Source: Candidatus Aminicenantes bacterium
GTDB taxonomy: Bacteria > Acidobacteriota > Aminicenantia > Aminicenantales > JAFGBC01
Assembly: GCA_963702005.1 (NCBI GenBank)
Contig: OY969696.1
Location: 2,592,001-2,656,000, forward strand
DNA length: 64,000 bases
Reading direction: 5' to 3'
The translations under genes were made by a program, and so were the position numbers. The notes under the pieces were generated by a model. It did not search any database. It had not been told where the DNA came from and saw nothing but the letters and a program-made list of their open reading frames with translations. Shown here in pieces: positions 16,643-26,300 of the stretch (position 1 is the first letter of the stretch; the number at the start of each line of letters is the position of its first letter).

Positions 16643-18378
16643 TTTTTCTTTTTGCCTCCGATCGTGCCCTCGACGCCCTCCTCGAAGGACTCGGTCAGGT
16701 GGGGCGCCAGCCAGCCCTCGGGGCTCTCGGGATAAGTCTCGATATAATCCCGGACGGCCAGGGGGTTCTTGAGCGTTTCGAAGGTGGCGTCCAACATGCT
16801 AGAAAATCCCTGACCCTTGGGAAAGGCGAAGGCCATCCAGGCGACCCGGTCGGCGTAGATGCTGCCGGCCTTGATGGGCAGCATCCTGGTCTGGTTGTTC
16901 GAGCCGAAGGAATAGACGAAGGCCCTCGCCATATAATACCAGGGGCCGTGCTGGATATAGATGAACGGTTGTTGCTGCGAGGCGGGCCCGGCCTGGATGT
17001 TGGCGAGCGTGCAGTCGAGGAACAGGCTCGCGAACCCGATGCCCTTGGCCTCGTCATAGAAGGCAACCCAGGGCGTGTCGGGCCTGATGACGGCGGCGTG
17101 GTCGGGGTGCATCCGCGAGGCGGCGAAATCGATGACTTTGACGGGACCGGGGAGCGTTTTATATGCAGCCTTGCTGAAGACGTCCTTATTGAAGACGATC
17201 TCGGCGTTGCGGAGGGCCTTCCCGAAGAAGTCCTTGCGGATCTCGGTTACGGTCTCGGCCACGACATAGGGCAAACCCGCATAGAAATAATAGGTAACTG
17301 CAACGTCAACGCCCTCAGGGAAGGGAAGGGGCTTGGCCCGGCGCAGGGAATAAAAGACCGGGCCGGAAACTTCGCTGAAGGGCGGATGGTCCCAGTCCGA
17401 AGCATGATACCAAGCGTGAGGGGGAGCATAGAGGTCGGGATTCCAGTGGACGGCTCCGTTCGTTTCGAGCTTGTGCTCGAGACGAATACCGCTCGCTTTC
17501 TCGTGGATTTCATGGATGGCCCCGCTCTTTTCCTGGAGGACGATCTTGTAGAAGGAGTTCTCGATCGTCTTGCCCAACCCCTGGCCGGAGACGGACAGGT
17601 CGCTTATGTAGGAAAGCTTGGGCGGGGATGGATTGTTGTAAAAAACGAGATAGGTCGCTTTTTCATACGCTTTGAGGTCGACCGGAAAGGCGACGCTGAA
17701 GGTCGTCGTCGGATGATAATGAATGATGGGCAGGCCGGTTTTTTCGTCTTTCTCCACGGCCGAGAGGAGCTTCTCGTCCGCCCAACGCTCAACATCATAG
17801 ACTTGAGAAGGGACTTCGCTGTAGACGACGTCGGAGCCCGCCGGTTCGGCCAGGACGACGCGGATCTCTTCGGGAGATCCGAACGTCCGGCTCAGGACTC
17901 CCGCGGTGGCATGGACCGGGAAATTCGTCCGGGCGATCCCGTTCTCCTCGGCGACGACCAACGCCAAATAGTTCTTCCAGGTCGGGTCCCAGTAGCCCTT
18001 GCCGTCCGGCGCCTGCAGGCTTTGACGGAGGACTCTCGGTTTTCCGGATCGGGCCTCGGCGAGCCGGAGCTCGAGCGCGTAGGCTTTGCGGCCCTGCCAA
18101 GGCCAGCGAACCTTGATGTCAAAGGGCCGCTCGCCGTTGACAACGGCGGCGGGGAGCTCGCGGCCGTCCTGGAACAGGAGGAGATCGCGGCTTCTGGTCC
18201 CGTTGACGAGGACGGACGTAACCTTCCAATCCGAGCCGCGGAAGTCGGACCCGGGCTGGAACGAGGTCCGGATGAAATACCACGGCTCTCCGCCTTGAGG
18301 ATAGCCGAACTCGGCGGCTCCCAAGTCGAGAGCCGAGCTCAGCGCCAGTAAAACGATGAGGACGCGGGCAGTCTTCAT
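16639..18378 (-). CDS. Exported hypothetical protein
   Basis: Signal peptide MKTARVLIVLLALSSA. Motifs GQGLGKTIENS, GAVHWNPD, RNAEIVF and LKNPL. Confidence 0.75.
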   Translation of the reverse strand: MKTARVLIVLLALSSALDLGAAEFGYPQGGEPWYFIRTSFQPGSDFRGSDWKVTSVLVNGTRSRDLLLFQDGRELPAAVVNGERPFDIKVRWPWQGRKAYALELRLAEARSGKPRVLRQSLQAPDGKGYWDPTWKNYLALVVAEENGIARTNFPVHATAGVLSRTFGSPEEIRVVLAEPAGSDVVYSEVPSQVYDVERWADEKLLSAVEKDEKTGLPIIHYHPTTTFSVAFPVDLKAYEKATYLVFYNNPSPPKLSYISDLSVSGQGLGKTIENSFYKIVLQEKSGAIHEIHEKASGIRLEHKLETNGAVHWNPDLYAPPHAWYHASDWDHPPFSEVSGPVFYSLRRAKPLPFPEGVDVAVTYYFYAGLPYVVAETVTEIRKDFFGKALRNAEIVFNKDVFSKAAYKTLPGPVKVIDFAASRMHPDHAAVIRPDTPWVAFYDEAKGIGFASLFLDCTLANIQAGPASQQQPFIYIQHGPWYYMARAFVYSFGSNNQTRMLPIKAGSIYADRVAWMAFAFPKGQGFSSMLDATFETLKNPLAVRDYIETYPESPEGWLAPHLTESFEEGVEGTIGGKKKK

Positions 18379-18404
18379 GTGGCCTCCCTGTTTATAGGAC
18401 GAAG

Positions 18405-18566
18405 TTAAGATTTTCCAGAGGGTCGGACGCCAGCGTCGCGCTCGAGCTTCCGAAGGATGGCCTTGAGCTCGCCGAAGCCCTTGACGGCAATCATGACCGA
18501 AACGGCCGCGAAGCCGCCCACCCCCAGCGTGAGCAGGATCAGCCAGATTAACGGCCAGGACGTCAT
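18405..18566 (-). CDS. Small single-TM protein, putative symporter accessory
   Basis: MTSWPLIWLILLTLGVGGFAAVSVMIAVKGFGELK (53 aa). ATGA overlap with the symporter stop. Confidence 0.65.
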   Translation of the reverse strand: MTSWPLIWLILLTLGVGGFAAVSVMIAVKGFGELKAILRKLERDAGVRPSGKS

Positions 18567-20047
18567 GCGGCTTCTCCCCTCGAGCCGTCGGGCTTCAAGA
18601 TGTTCTGGGCGAGCGACCCGATGATCATTCCGGCCAGGGCCAAGGCGTAGCTCCAGATCCCAAGCCTGCTGACCGGAGGATGGCCGGGCAGGAAAAAGAG
18701 GACGGTCGGCACCGCTCCCAGAATGAAGGCCAGGGCGGCGCCCCAAGTCCGGCCTCTAAAAAGACCGAACCGGGCATCGTGAATATAGATGCCGAAAACG
18801 GCCGAAACGAGCGTTCCGGCCAGGAAGAGGTTGACGGCCAACATGAGGTAGAAAAAGAGCAGCTCCTCGGATTTGAAGATGAACGACCACCAGATAATGA
18901 ACAGGATGACGAAAGCCATCGTGCCTCGATTGACGGCCAATCGGCGGCGGTCATTCAGCCGCCGTCCCGTCAGCCTTTCATAAGCGACGCCGATGAGGTC
19001 CTGGGAGATGACCGAGCTCCAGGACAGAAGGTAGCTGGAGTAGGTGGACATGGAGGCGGCCAGCATGGCGGCCAGCATCAGGCCGAGGATTCCCTTCGGG
19101 GTCAGCCGGACGATCATCAGCGGCAGGGCCTGGAGGGGATCATCCGGCTTGACCGCCAGACAGCTCAGCGCCAGAACGCCCCAGAATACGGGGATGAAGG
19201 CCCGGGCCAGGAACATAATGCTCGACCAGGTGAAGATCCGCGTCCCGGTCCGGCTGTCCTTGGCCGAGAAGATTCTCATCGTGATGTAGGGAGCGATCGT
19301 CAGGACCGACAGCTGGAACAGGAGCTGCCAGAAAAAGAAGGTCCATCCGAAGGCGCTCCCGGCGGCGAAGGGATTGAAGCCCTTGACGCCGAACGTCCCT
19401 TCCACCGTCGAAACGATCCGCGGCCAACCCACCTTGAAGAATCCGAACACGGTCAGAAAGACCATGCCCAGGCTGAGGAGGATGTATTGGATGTAATTCG
19501 TGAAAATAACCGAGACCATGCCTCCCAGGGCGGTGTAGAGAAGGACGACGCCGAGGAGGCCGATCATGGTCCACAGGATGGTGTCTTGGGGAAGGCCGGT
19601 CACGGTGTTGATGAACTTGGCTTCCACCCCCGGGAAGACGCCGAAATTGATGATGCCGCCCGCGGCCATCAGGAAACCGGCCAGGAAGCGGACGCCCCGT
19701 CCGAACTTGCGCTCGAACAGCTCGGGCAGAGTCATGATGCGCAGCTCGAGCAGGGGCTTGATGATGAAACCGGTCCGTCCCAAAAACAGGAACACCAGGA
19801 AGAACGGGATGCCGATCATCAGGGCGGCCAGCCCATTCTTATAGCCGGCTTCGGCTAAGTACATATACGTGATGATGCCGATTTCGGAGGAGACCAGGGA
19901 GGCCAGGCCGAGGTTGAGGCCCATCGAGCGCTCGGCGACCAGGAAGCCGGAAAGGTCCTTGATGTATTTCTTGACGAAGGTCCCCGAGTAAATCGTCAGC
20001 GCCAGGTAGATGGCGATGATGGCGACGTCGACGGCGCTTAGGTTCAT
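18563..20047 (-). CDS. Sodium:solute symporter (SSS) family
   Basis: FLVAER, YTALGGMVSVIFTNYIQ and LAASMST motifs with about 13 TM segments. Confidence 0.9.
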   Translation of the reverse strand: MNLSAVDVAIIAIYLALTIYSGTFVKKYIKDLSGFLVAERSMGLNLGLASLVSSEIGIITYMYLAEAGYKNGLAALMIGIPFFLVFLFLGRTGFIIKPLLELRIMTLPELFERKFGRGVRFLAGFLMAAGGIINFGVFPGVEAKFINTVTGLPQDTILWTMIGLLGVVLLYTALGGMVSVIFTNYIQYILLSLGMVFLTVFGFFKVGWPRIVSTVEGTFGVKGFNPFAAGSAFGWTFFFWQLLFQLSVLTIAPYITMRIFSAKDSRTGTRIFTWSSIMFLARAFIPVFWGVLALSCLAVKPDDPLQALPLMIVRLTPKGILGLMLAAMLAASMSTYSSYLLSWSSVISQDLIGVAYERLTGRRLNDRRRLAVNRGTMAFVILFIIWWSFIFKSEELLFFYLMLAVNLFLAGTLVSAVFGIYIHDARFGLFRGRTWGAALAFILGAVPTVLFFLPGHPPVSRLGIWSYALALAGMIIGSLAQNILKPDGSRGEAA

Positions 20048-20050
20048 GAA

Positions 20051-20269
20051 TTAATACTTCTGCCAGTCCGGCTTATGCTCGTAGACATACTTGTAATAAT
20101 CAGCTCCCTCTTCACGGTGCAGGCGAACCAGGATCCGGTAGAGCTCATGGGGTGTCGTACCAGTCGGGAATCCGATGACGGCGTGGGGCTTCTCCCGTAT
20201 AACGCCGGCCACGATCCGGGCCGCGAGTTCGCTGGCCGCCTTGGCGTCGGGCTGTATGATGATCTCCAT
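20051..20269 (-). pseudogene. nagB: Glucosamine-6-phosphate deaminase remnant with a large in-frame internal deletion
   Basis: NagB N-terminus (KPHAVIGFPTGTTP..LY) is joined directly to a NagB-like C-terminus (ADYYKYVYEHKPDWQ). Only 72 aa versus ~250 aa for normal NagB. Confidence 0.8.
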
Positions 20270-20295
20270 GGCTCCGACTCCTTTGTCCGGGAACC

Positions 20296-21153
20296 TCAGC
20301 GGGTCCGGAGATGGGCTTTGAGCTTGGCGGCGACGTCGGCCTTGAATTTCTCGATATGGTCGAGGACGAATCCGACGATGTCACGGGTCGGGTCCGCGAC
20401 GAGCGGAGTCAGGTCCATGGCGAACCAGAGCTCTTCGGACTCGTCCGTCCCTTGGGCCTGGAAATAGCTCGCGTTGGCCCTGCGCCTTCCCAGCGTCGCC
20501 AGGTCGTACCTCTTGCCGCCCGCGATCTGGGAATCATAGATGCCGACAAGGCCGGCGGCCAGGTGGTCGCGCCCGCTCACGTCCAAAGGAACCTTGTCAT
20601 TGTCGTCCAGCCAGTCCAGGCCACGCCAGACCTCGCATCCGTAGACGCGGGACGGCCCGCCGCCGGCCGGACGCGCCCGGAGCGCGGCCAAGACGGCCAG
20701 GACGATCGAGACGTGCGTTTCATGCTTATCGGCCGGGTTGTGGGTGTACACGACGGAAGGCCGGCACAGGGTTAGGATATGGCCCAGGTCGTCGGTCAGG
20801 GCCGGATTCCCAGGATCCTTGACGACGGCGCTGGCATGGTTGAGTTGGACCAGAACTCCGTACTCGCCGACCGTCGCGGCCTTCTCCTGCTCGATCCGTC
20901 TGAGCTTCGCCATGTCCTCGTCGCTATAGCCGGCGTAAGGTCCCGAACGCGGGCTCCCGCCGCCCGAAGTGCAGGTGACGGCGCCGAAGTGGCGGTCGGG
21001 CTTTCGGTAGCATTCCAGAATGCCGTGAAAGGCCATGATCTCCAGGTCGTCCTGATGGGCGCCTACGCCGAGATGGGAGATCCGTTTAAAGGCCGTTTCG
21101 ACGGGCGTTCCGTCCGGGACGAAAACGGACGCGAGGCGATTCGAGAATGTCAT
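20296..21153 (-). CDS. PIG-L family deacetylase
   Basis: Motifs GAHQDDLE, RRIEQ, THNPADKHETH and YDSQIAGGKRYD. Confidence 0.85.
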   Translation of the reverse strand: MTFSNRLASVFVPDGTPVETAFKRISHLGVGAHQDDLEIMAFHGILECYRKPDRHFGAVTCTSGGGSPRSGPYAGYSDEDMAKLRRIEQEKAATVGEYGVLVQLNHASAVVKDPGNPALTDDLGHILTLCRPSVVYTHNPADKHETHVSIVLAVLAALRARPAGGGPSRVYGCEVWRGLDWLDDNDKVPLDVSGRDHLAAGLVGIYDSQIAGGKRYDLATLGRRRANASYFQAQGTDESEELWFAMDLTPLVADPTRDIVGFVLDHIEKFKADVAAKLKAHLRTR

Positions 21154-22580
21154 GGCTTCGATCCCTCCTTGGGCGCGAGCTGGGGGAGGCTGGCGGCCGC
21201 CATGGCTTGCCCGACCCGGCGGCTTTGTTCGTCGAGAAGATGAACGGCGATCCGTTCGGACAGGTCCGGGAATTCGGTCCGCAGCACTTCGGCGGCCTTG
21301 GCGACGATGAGATCGCCGCCGGCGCCGGACAGGACCCGGCCCAGGACGAGAAGATCCCCGAACTCGTAAAACAGCGCGTAGTAGGGGATCGCATAGCCCA
21401 AGTAGATTCCGAGCGTTTCAAAGATCTCCCGGGCTCGGGGGTGACCCGCTTCGGCCAGACGCTGGATCTCCTTCAGCCGATCGGGGAGCCGGACATCGGA
21501 CGAAAAAGAGAAACCGGCCGCCGGCGCGAGCTTGTTGACGGCTTGCTGGGAGAAATAAAGCGCCCCGACGCCCGTGTCTCCCGACCATTCGTCGGGGGGG
21601 GCGGCCGGGTTGATGTCGATAGGGACGAAGGCCAGCTCGTCCAGCCAGCCCGGGATGCCGCCCGAGCGATCGACGAAGCCGGCGGCCTGGCTGGAGCCCA
21701 TGGCGACGCCCAGCATGGCCGTCCGTTCCAGGGTCAGGGTTCCGGCCAGGGCCGTCACTTCGCCGTCGTTGATGACTTCGAGCGGAACGCCCCACGCTTT
21801 GCGCAGGTCGAGGAACATGGGTCGAACCCTCCGCTCGAAGATATCCTCGGGGACGCCGCGAAACAGAGACGCGATCCGGACTTGGTTGTCGATATAAACG
21901 CCGGCCGAGCTGCCTCCGATGGCATCGACGCGGGGAAGCCGGGCCGCCGCGTTTTTCAGGCCCTCCTGGATTCGGCCGTAGTGGTAGGAGGGGTCGGCTT
22001 GCTCCTGGGGCTGCCAGGGGATTTCTTGGCTGTAAACGGGATCGCCGTCGATGACCGAGGCGACCTTGAAATCGCTGGCCCCTAAGTCGAAGCCGATCCG
22101 GCAGCCGTCCCAGTGGCCGCCCAGGATCGAAGCGGTTTCCCGGGCCGAGGGGAATTCGCGCTCCCCGACCAAGCTGACTTCGAACGGCTTTTGGTAGATT
22201 CGACTCATGACCTTGGCGTCGAACGACCGGCGGCCTTGGGGGGAGTAGAGCCCTTTGAGGAATTCGCCCAAAGCGCGCGGCCCTTGCCAGGTGATCTTCC
22301 AGCCGCCCCTCGCCCAGAGAAGGAACTTAACGAGGCGTTCCGTCCAGAGCGAGGTCGCCGCGTCCGCCCGGCCGGCGGGAAGGAGCCGCGTCTCGAAGAC
22401 CGAGACAAGGCCGTTCTCCCTTTCCAGCCCGATCCGAACCGGGACCCCCCCTCCGGATTCGGCCAGCGCCCGCCGGTACCTAAGGAAGGCCAGGGACAGC
22501 GGCCGAAAGCCGGGATCGAGAGAGGAGGCGACGCGGGGACTCGCGTTCAGCAGTTCCGGCAGCGCGGCGTTGGGGCTCAT
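21150..22580 (-). CDS. ROK family sugar kinase-like protein with extended N-terminus
   Basis: Motifs IGFDLGASDFK, GGSSAG, INDGEVTALA, AMGSSQAAG and ELAF. Confidence 0.85.
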   Translation of the reverse strand: MSPNAALPELLNASPRVASSLDPGFRPLSLAFLRYRRALAESGGGVPVRIGLERENGLVSVFETRLLPAGRADAATSLWTERLVKFLLWARGGWKITWQGPRALGEFLKGLYSPQGRRSFDAKVMSRIYQKPFEVSLVGEREFPSARETASILGGHWDGCRIGFDLGASDFKVASVIDGDPVYSQEIPWQPQEQADPSYHYGRIQEGLKNAAARLPRVDAIGGSSAGVYIDNQVRIASLFRGVPEDIFERRVRPMFLDLRKAWGVPLEVINDGEVTALAGTLTLERTAMLGVAMGSSQAAGFVDRSGGIPGWLDELAFVPIDINPAAPPDEWSGDTGVGALYFSQQAVNKLAPAAGFSFSSDVRLPDRLKEIQRLAEAGHPRAREIFETLGIYLGYAIPYYALFYEFGDLLVLGRVLSGAGGDLIVAKAAEVLRTEFPDLSERIAVHLLDEQSRRVGQAMAAASLPQLAPKEGSKP

Positions 22581-22627
22581 GGCACGGGTTTGCTATTATA
22601 GCACGGCATCTCCGATTTTTTAATCCT

Positions 22628-22686
22628 AAGGTTCGAGCGGGAAAGAGAATTTAGGGCCGGTGCTTTTGGGCGTTGCGCCAGAAGGC
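22628..22686 (+). repeat. 59-bp direct repeat, left boundary of the defence island
   Basis: aaggttcgagcgggaaagagaatttagggccggtgcttttgggcgttgcgccagaaggc is identical to 33843-33901. Confidence 0.95.
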
Positions 22687-22703
22687 CTAAGCCGCAGGCG
22701 TCT

Positions 22704-23384
22704 GGGGTCAAACCTACACTTTGTCACAAAGTAAAGATCCCCGCGGCAAGCCGCGGGGCATTAGGAGCGCAGCTTCAAGGCCAGCTGCGCAGGCCCTTGC
22801 TCCAGTTCTCGGTGACTGACGATGTACTTCGCGATCACATCCCTCGTCATCCGGTCTCCGACCGTCCTTGCGAAATATCCGTCCTCCCACACTTCCCCGC
22901 CCCACAGCTTCTTTTTCAAGCCCGCAAACTCGCGAAACAACCCCCTCCCACTCATGCTCTTTATGATCCTGACGACCTCCCCGATCGATCGCGATGGCGG
23001 AAATGATACTAGCAAATGAATATGATCTTCGGTAATTTCCATCTCGATGATTTCAATATCGTACGATTCGCAAATCTCTCCCACGATCTGTTTCGCTCGT
23101 TCCCGGACTTCCACCCGCTCGAAAATCTTCTTCCGGTACTTCGGACACCAGACCAGATGGTAGGACGTGTCGTAGACCGAATGACTCGTCCGTTTCAGCG
23201 TCACCCATATACTTTACCACACTCCCGAGCAAGGGCCTTTGTGGATAAGGGGGACTTTCCGGTCCCCCTTATCACCCCCTCGGCAAGGCATACATTCCAC
23301 CCCGTGGCAAGCCACGGGGCAGCCTGTAAAGCTTTCGTGCAAAAAGGAAATTTACACTAAGGGTAAAAGTGTAGGTTTGACCCC
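22704..23384. mobile_element. IS200/IS605-family element (tnpA only) inside a 19-bp inverted-repeat palindrome
   Basis: Subterminal hairpins ccccgcggcaagccgcgggg (22739-22758) and ccccgtggcaagccacgggg (23300-23319). The outer IR ggggtcaaacctacacttt lies at 22704-22722 and its inverse at 23366-23384. Confidence 0.85.
22761..23204 (-). CDS. tnpA: IS200/IS605 Y1 (HUH) transposase
   Basis: Motifs YHLVWCPKYR, DHIHLL, LWGGEVWEDGYF and catalytic Tyr in KYI. Confidence 0.95.
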   Translation of the reverse strand: MTLKRTSHSVYDTSYHLVWCPKYRKKIFERVEVRERAKQIVGEICESYDIEIIEMEITEDHIHLLVSFPPSRSIGEVVRIIKSMSGRGLFREFAGLKKKLWGGEVWEDGYFARTVGDRMTRDVIAKYIVSHRELEQGPAQLALKLRS

Positions 23385-23388
23385 GATC

Positions 23389-26300
23389 CTACTCAAACCT
23401 GGTTCTTATATATTCGGCGGCGCTTTCCGGGCTGAGCTTAACACTCCCTGGGCCGCTCCTCACGTAGAAATCCCCACTCGCGGCCTCCTCGGTACCCTTC
23501 CACTTCAAAAAGACCGGCTCAGGGCTCCTCTGACAACTGACCAGGCAGACCGTCTTCCCCTGGACAATCTGAGTTTTCGGGTCGATGCAGGTGCCGGCCC
23601 GATCGCCGAGGCCGTTCCGGACCGCTTGGGCGAGATGTCTCATGAATTCGTCGTCGCTCTCGAACCGATCCTTCTCGATGCCCGTCACGGTGCCTTCGTC
23701 GGCAACCCCGATCAGCAGGTCTCCGCCGGCCGTATTGAGGAATGCGGCGATCGTCTTCAGCACGGAATGGGTGATGAGCTTATCGTCTTTCTTATCCTCC
23801 CGAAGGTTCCAGCGCAAGCTCGACTTGAACTCCAAGGTCTTCGACTCTCCTCTTTTGATCAGCTCCTCGGCCTGCCTGTGGGCCCGCAAGTAATGGTCGA
23901 ACAGGAAATCGCGCAGGGCCGCCCCAAAGGCCCGATCGTCAGTGATCCGCTTATACAGGTCGAAGTTCGAGTCCACGATCTCCTGGATTGCGTCCTCGAC
24001 TTTATGGTCGAACGTCAGACGGATATTCTCGCGGGTATTGACCCTGGCGCTCGCGTCGAGGGCGGCGTCCTCGTTGAGCTTTTGCAGGATTTGCCCGAGA
24101 GTCAGCCTGTGCTCCGGCCCGAGGTTCAACCCGAATCTCTCATTGAGCTCGGCGATGATCTGGGAGAGCGGCTCGAGCAGTTCCTCCTGTCCGCTGCGTT
24201 GATCCTTTGTCATGACGGGGGCAAGCTGGCCGCCCTTCCGTTCGGGCGTGATCTTGCCGCTCCCCGTCTGCCGGATGCGGTACGACTCCATGTCGATATT
24301 CTGCTGGACCTCGCGCGGCAGGGTGTCCTGGTCGCCGGGAATCAGTCGCCTCAGGTGGCGGGCAAAGACGTAGAGCTTTTCGAGCTCGGTGTCGGCAAAG
24401 GTCAAAACCTGGGCCAGGAAAGCATAGAGGCGGACGTAATCGGTCAACTGGCCGCGAAAATCATGCTGTTCGTCGGCCGGCAGTCCCGCGAATCGCGTCG
24501 TCACCGGGGCCAGGACGGCATAAAGCTGGTCCTGGGTCGCTCTCCTGTCGAAATAGACCTTGGCGAACCGCTCGACATCCGCTTTGGTGAAGACAGGGAA
24601 GCCCATGAGCCGGGTCTGGATTTCGTAGAGCAGATTCGGGTCGGTCGCTTCCGACAAAAGCGTCGTCTCGTAATACGGCTCGAAAGCGTCCCGGATGGCG
24701 TCTGCCTCGTTGGCGAAATCGAGGACCATAGTTCCCCGCTTTTCCGGATGGATCCGGTTGAGCCGCGATAGCGTCTGGACAGCGTTCACCCCGCCGAGCT
24801 TTTTATCCACGTACATCGTATGGAGGAGAGGCTGGTCGAAGCCGGTCTGGAACTTGTTGGCGCATACGAGGAACCTATATTCCGACCGCTCGAAGACTTT
24901 GGCCGTTTGTTTCTCCGAAAAGCCGTTCATCCCCGATTCCGTGTATGACTGGCCGCCGTCCGCGACCTTCCCGGAGAATGCGACCAGGGCTTTGAAGGGA
25001 AGGCCTTTTTCCTGGATGTAGTGGTCCAAAGCCAGCTTAAAACGGACGGCGTGCAGGCGCGACCGGGTCACGATCATGGCCTTGGCCTTGCCGCCGATCT
25101 CATTGGAAACCTGGGCGACGAAGTGCTCGACCATGATCCGCACCTTCTCTCCGATGGCGTGAGGGTGGAGCTCGACAAAGGCTTTGAGAAGGTATTGGGC
25201 TTTGCTCTTGTCGTAGCGGGGGTCGTCCTCGATTTTCTTTAGGAGGCGCCAGTAAGCCTTGTAAGTCGTATAGTTGTCGAGGACGTCGAGGATAAAGCCC
25301 TCCTCGATCGCCTGCCGCATGCTGTAGAGGTGGAACGGCGCGAATTTCCCGTCGGCCCGCTTCGTCCCGAATAGCTCGAGCGTCTTGGACTTGGGTGTCG
25401 CCGTGAAGGCGAACAGCGAAAGGTTCGGCAGGCGGCCGCGCTTTTCCATCTCGGCCAGGATCGTCGCTTCGAGTTCCTCCTCGGGAGTTTCCGCCCCGGC
25501 CTCTTCCCGCTCAGCCTCTTCGAGGCTCCCGGCCGCCAGCACCGACTTGAGGCTCTTCGTGCTCTCGCCCGACTGGGAGGAATGGGCCTCGTCCACGATC
25601 ACGGCGAATCGATGTCCCGGGAGATCTCCGATCTCGCCGACGATGACCGGGAACTTCTGGAGCGTGGTCACGATGATCGTTTTTCCCGATTCGAGGGCCT
25701 GCTTGAGCTGGTGCGAAGTTGTATCGATGTTCTCGACGACGCCCAACGTCTGTTCGAACTGGCGCATGGTCGCCTGGAGCTGGCGGTCGAGGATGCGCCG
25801 GTCGGTGACGACGACGATCGAGTCGAAAACGCGCTTATCCTGAAGGTCGTGCAGGGTCGCCAGCCGGTGGGCCAGCCAGGCGATGGTGAAGCTCTTGCCG
25901 CTTCCGGCCGAATGTTGGACGAGATAGCGCTGACCGGCTCCGTTCTGCCGGGCATGGGCGACGAGTCGTCGCACGGCATCGAGCTGCTGGTAGCGGGGGA
26001 AAATGAGCGTCCGCCCGCTTATTTTTCGACCCCTTTCGTCTTCGTCCTCGATCTCGTGGATGAATTGGCGGATGAGGTCGAGGACGCTGTCGCGGGCCCA
26101 GATTTTCTCCCAGAGATAGGCCGTCGGGTAACCCTTCTGCGTCGGCGGAACGGGGGGATTTCCCGCGCCGCCGAACTTCCCTTGGTTAAAGGGCAGGAAG
26201 CGCGTCCTCGGTCCGGCGAGTCGAGTCGTCACGTAGACGAGGTCCGGGTCCACGGCGAAATGGGCCAGGCACCGGCCGTAGGCGAAAAGCGGCTCGCGCG

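Noticed and set aside
22628-22686. Direct repeat as a tRNA-Gly-derived att site
   Set aside because: The inverse contains TTTCCCGCTC, like a tRNA-Gly 3' end, but there is no CCA, T-loop or cloverleaf at either copy.
16630-24771. Long antisense ORFs (e.g. 16630-18351 +, 18680-19858 +, 23239-24771 +)
   Set aside because: Shadow ORFs opposite well-supported genes, expected in GC-rich DNA, with no motifs.
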